Assembly (NCBI GenBank): GCA_963514005.1
Contig: OY740818.1
Coordinates: forward strand, 24,862,001-24,926,000
DNA: 64,000 bases
DNA from: Raja brachyura
Lineage: Eukaryota
Direction of reading: 5' to 3'
Each line of letters starts with the position of its first letter. Within the stretch, counting starts at the first letter, position 1. This document shows, piece by piece, positions 60,460-64,000 of the stretch. Below the pieces are notes generated by a model. It was not told the DNA's origin. It saw only the letters and a program-made list of their open reading frames with translations, and ran no database searches. A program made the position numbers and the translations under genes.

Positions 60460-61859
60460 GACCCACATAGACATCAGGCAGAATTGAGCATGAGTCCCGT
60501 AGTCATGTGTGCAACAGCTTTGTCTGACTGCACCGCCATGCTGGAATTAGTTTAGTATAGTTTTTACTGTCACGTGTAACGAGGTAAGGTGCAAAGCCTT
60601 TTGTTGCGTGCTAACCAGTCAGTTAAAAGACTATAGAAACGTAGAAAATAGGTGCAGTAGAACGTCATTCGGCCCTTCGAGCCACCGCCATTCAATATGA
60701 TCATGACTGATCATCTACAATCAGTACCCCGTTCCTGCTTTCTCACCATATCCCTTGATTCCATTAGCCCTAAGAGCTGAATCGAACTCTCTCTTGAAAA
60801 CATTGTGATTACATACATACATGTTTACAATGAACCATCCACAGTGTACAGATACAGGATAAAGGGAATTACGTTTAGTGCAAGATACGGTTCAATAACG
60901 TCTAGTTAACGGCTGTTGAAGGTCTCCAATCTCGTGTGCTTCACGTATGGAGAATGCCCACCTTATTCGAGTACACACACCACCAGACCCTGAGCCAGCC
61001 AGAACCGCACCAGTTGAGTTTATTGTAAGATACAGCTGCAGTGAACATATTGCTTGCGATAGTGGAACAGGCAGATAGATTTAGACAACGCATAACACGC
61101 ATAAATTATACATAAATACTGCAAGACAGTAAAAAAACAAAAGACTGCAAAAAAACAAGACAGCACTGAACTAGAGGGAGAGGTTGGGCTGGCGAGGACT
61201 CTATGCCTTGGAGCGCAGGAAGCTGAGGGGTGATCTCATAGTGTGTACGACCATGAGGGGAATAGACAGGGTGAATGCACAGTATTTTATCCAGGGGAGG
61301 GAGATTGAGGACCAGAGGACATTAATGTAGTATAGTATATAATATGTCCATGTTAAATTCTATTGTCTGTTGTGTTCATTTTATTCGTATGGCTGTATGG
61401 CAACTGAAATCTCACTGTACCAATTGGTGCATGTGACAATAAATGTAACTTGAACTTGAATATACAGGATAGTATATAGTATAGTGTATGGCACAGTATG
61501 TAGTGTATAGCGTAGCGTATAATAGTGTTTGGTTTAGTTGGTGGAAAGATGCTATAGGAACCTGAGGGGCAACTGGAGGCCACAGAAGAGGAGTGTTGGG
61601 ATGGGACTGAGCTGGAGCAGGTGGTCTGCAGAGCTCGGATGGACAGAGCCCAGTAGCAGCAGAGCCATGGTCATGGAAAGCAGAGGGATGTTGTTCCAAT
61701 GACTCACGGAGATATATCATCAGGAAATGAACATGGAGCTGACAGACCGGTGAGTGTTTCCCGGTTTGTGGAGTTTACCCGGAGATTGAACATCCCGCCT
61801 GTAGCCCCTTGTCCACTGTCCCTCACTAACTGGCCCCCAGACCCCACCTCACTCCACGC

Positions 61860-62222
61860 ACGTGTACACAGATGCAGTACACACTAGTGTACACACACAC
61901 ACGCACACACACACATGCACACACATGCAGGGATACATGCACACACGCACATAGACAACCTCAACACACATACATGTGGATACACGCCCGCTCACCCACA
62001 TACACACACGCACACACACTCGCACACATGCACACATACACATACGCACGCACACACACCCACATGCACACATGCCAGACACATTCATGGGGGGATACAT
62101 GCACACACACACACATAGACAAACTCACCACACATACATACACACACACACACGCACCCATGAATGGCTCCATGCACACACACAAAGTCAGAACCTCATC
62201 ACACACACACACACACGCATGA
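61860..62222. repeat. degenerate (CA)n microsatellite
   Basis: seen directly. Confidence 0.95.
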
Positions 62223-62519
62223 CAGACCAGTCAGCTTTTCTCCGGATGCTCCAGTTTCCTCCCACATTCCAAAAGGGTGCAAGTTTGTAGGTTAATTGGC
62301 CTCTGTAAACTGCTCCTAGTGTGTAGGATAGAGCTAGTGCATTGGGTGATCGCTGGTTGGCACGGACTCGATGGGCTGAAGGGCCTGTTCCACACTGTAT
62401 CTGTAAAACATCTCAGTCATCAAGGTTCCTTACAGACTGCCTCGTTGGAACTTCTATAGGCTTTGTGGCAGCCCAGAGATGTATTAGTCAACGGCATTGA
62501 TGCTACGGCCAAGAATGCA

Positions 62520-63115
62520 CATCTACTTCATCAGAAGACTAAGAAATTCAAGATGACTGCAACAATTCTTGCCAACTTCTACAGATGCACCATAGAAAGC
62601 ATCCTAACGGGATGCATCATAGCTTGGTTTGGCAACAGCTCTGCCCAAGACCACAATAAATAACAGCGTGTTATGAATGTAGCCCAGTCCATCACACAGA
62701 CCACATTCCTCACCATTGACTGTATCTACACTTCAGATAACCAGCCAACATAATCATGGATCACTCACACCTCTGTCATTTTCTCTTCTCCCCTCTCTGT
62801 TCAGGCAGAAGGTACAGAAGTTTGAACGTGGACACCACCAGATTCTGGAACAGCTTCTTTCCCACTGTTATCAGGCTAATAAACCATCCTCCCATAAACT
62901 GGGGTGTAATCCCAATCTTCCGACCTACCTCCCTGGGAGTTTTCCCCCTGGAACTGTAATACTGTAGCACTTTCATGTGATATTCCGTCCCTTGGTATTT
63001 GCGTTATCTGTTGTACCTGTGTAGGGCTTGACTGTGCTCATGCCTAATAAGATTTTATTTGAACGGATAGCACGCAAACAAAAGCTTTTGACTGTATCTC
63101 GGTGCATGTGTGAAT
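62520..63115 (+). mobile_element. Rex1/Babar-type LINE 3' part
   Basis: LANFYRCTIESILTGCIIAWFGNSSAQDH and SGRRYRSLNVDTTRFWNSFFPTVIRLIN; single copy of the 45-bp segment amplified at 48140. Confidence 0.88.
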
Positions 63116-63769
63116 AATCCAAGCACGGCACAATTCTTAATGCAGTAACAGGCACAAAGCAACAATGATTGTTCTCAAGCAATATGACGTGTCGCCAGTG
63201 TTGAAGAGAGAGATGGTGTGAGTATTTACAGTTTGTATCTGTCACACCCCTGTTTCCTCAATGTTATGACTTTAGTTGAAAGATCATCTCACTCCTCTTC
63301 CGAGCAGTTCTAGTCTTTGAGTTAATTGCGTTTAAGTGTCATATGTGCTGAAAATGGAAGCATGAAATTCTTGCTTTCAGCAGCATAACATGCCTGTAAA
63401 CACAGTCAGACAGGCAACATAATAAACAAGAAATTAAAATAAATTAAAAACCCAAAAAGCCCAAAGTCCTTAGTACAACCAAGACAGTTTATAGTTGGTA
63501 GTTTAGCTAGTACCCAATTAGAGTCACACAGCATGGTAATGAATGAATGAATATGCTCACATACAAGGAATTTGCCTTGGTGCTCCGCCCGCAGGTGACA
63601 ACAAGACATACAGTGACAATTAAGAATGACACAGAAGACATTAAACATTAATAATAAACACACGGTTCGGCCCAACTTGTTAGTGTTTGTCATGTTTGGG
63701 GCTCAATACTTTAAACAGTCCAGATAATTATTTTGCTCCTCACATCTACACCTCTACATCCCCACGTTC

Positions 63770-63932
63770 CGTCTCCCTCATCCCACACCACAATCCTTTT
63801 TGTCTCAAGAAGGGTTTTGACCTGAAACACCACCTATCCATGTTCTCCAGAGATGCTGCCTGACCCCTGAGTTACTCCAGCACTTTGTGCCTTCTTTTGG
63901 TAAGCCAACATCTGCAGTTCCTTGTTTCTACC
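63770..63932 (+). mobile_element. Penelope pLTR
   Basis: AAGAAGGGTTTTGACCTGAAACAC..GATGCTGCCTGACCCCTGAGTTACTCCAGCAC..CATCTGCAGTTCCTTG. Confidence 0.8.
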
Positions 63933-64000
63933 CCCTCTGTCTCTCCGTCACTTTCCCGACTGTCCCTTGCCTCCATCTCTGCTCTCAGTGTTTAAAACCT

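Noticed and set aside
61849-62290. His/Thr- and Cys/Val-rich ORFs
   Set aside because: Translations of a (CA)n microsatellite

Overview
This is vertebrate non-coding DNA, either a gene desert or a large intron. The repeat content points to a cartilaginous fish, probably a skate or ray: HE1/V-SINE-type tRNA-SINEs with their CR1-clade partner LINE, and abundant Penelope pseudo-LTRs. That taxon call is an inference. I recognise no host protein-coding exon, rRNA, tRNA gene or CRISPR/cas locus; essentially all ORFs in the track are transposon fragments, tandem-repeat artefacts or chance. The window is a mosaic of nested CR1, Rex1/Babar, L2, Tx1 and Penelope fragments, SINEs, four PIF/Harbinger-type MITEs and two large minisatellites, plus an assembly gap at 29785-30299. 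AT-rich, TE-free islands that look like enhancers lie between them. The main points of interest are: (1) many minimal hammerhead-ribozyme cores (CTGAAGAAGGGTCTCGACCCGAAACGTC) in Penelope pLTRs, which occur as ~200-260 bp fold-back insertions with 10-15 bp TSDs and a constant ~32-35 nt one-sided tail; (2) two minisatellites that arose inside retroelements, each with an unexpanded single-copy relative in the same window; (3) an exact 32-bp templated insertion copied from ~2.7 kb away; (4) an unclassified, structured 398-bp element with a perfect 10-bp TSD. None of this demonstrates a new biological system. Family names come from recognising motifs by eye, and many boundaries are approximate (+/-20 bp).
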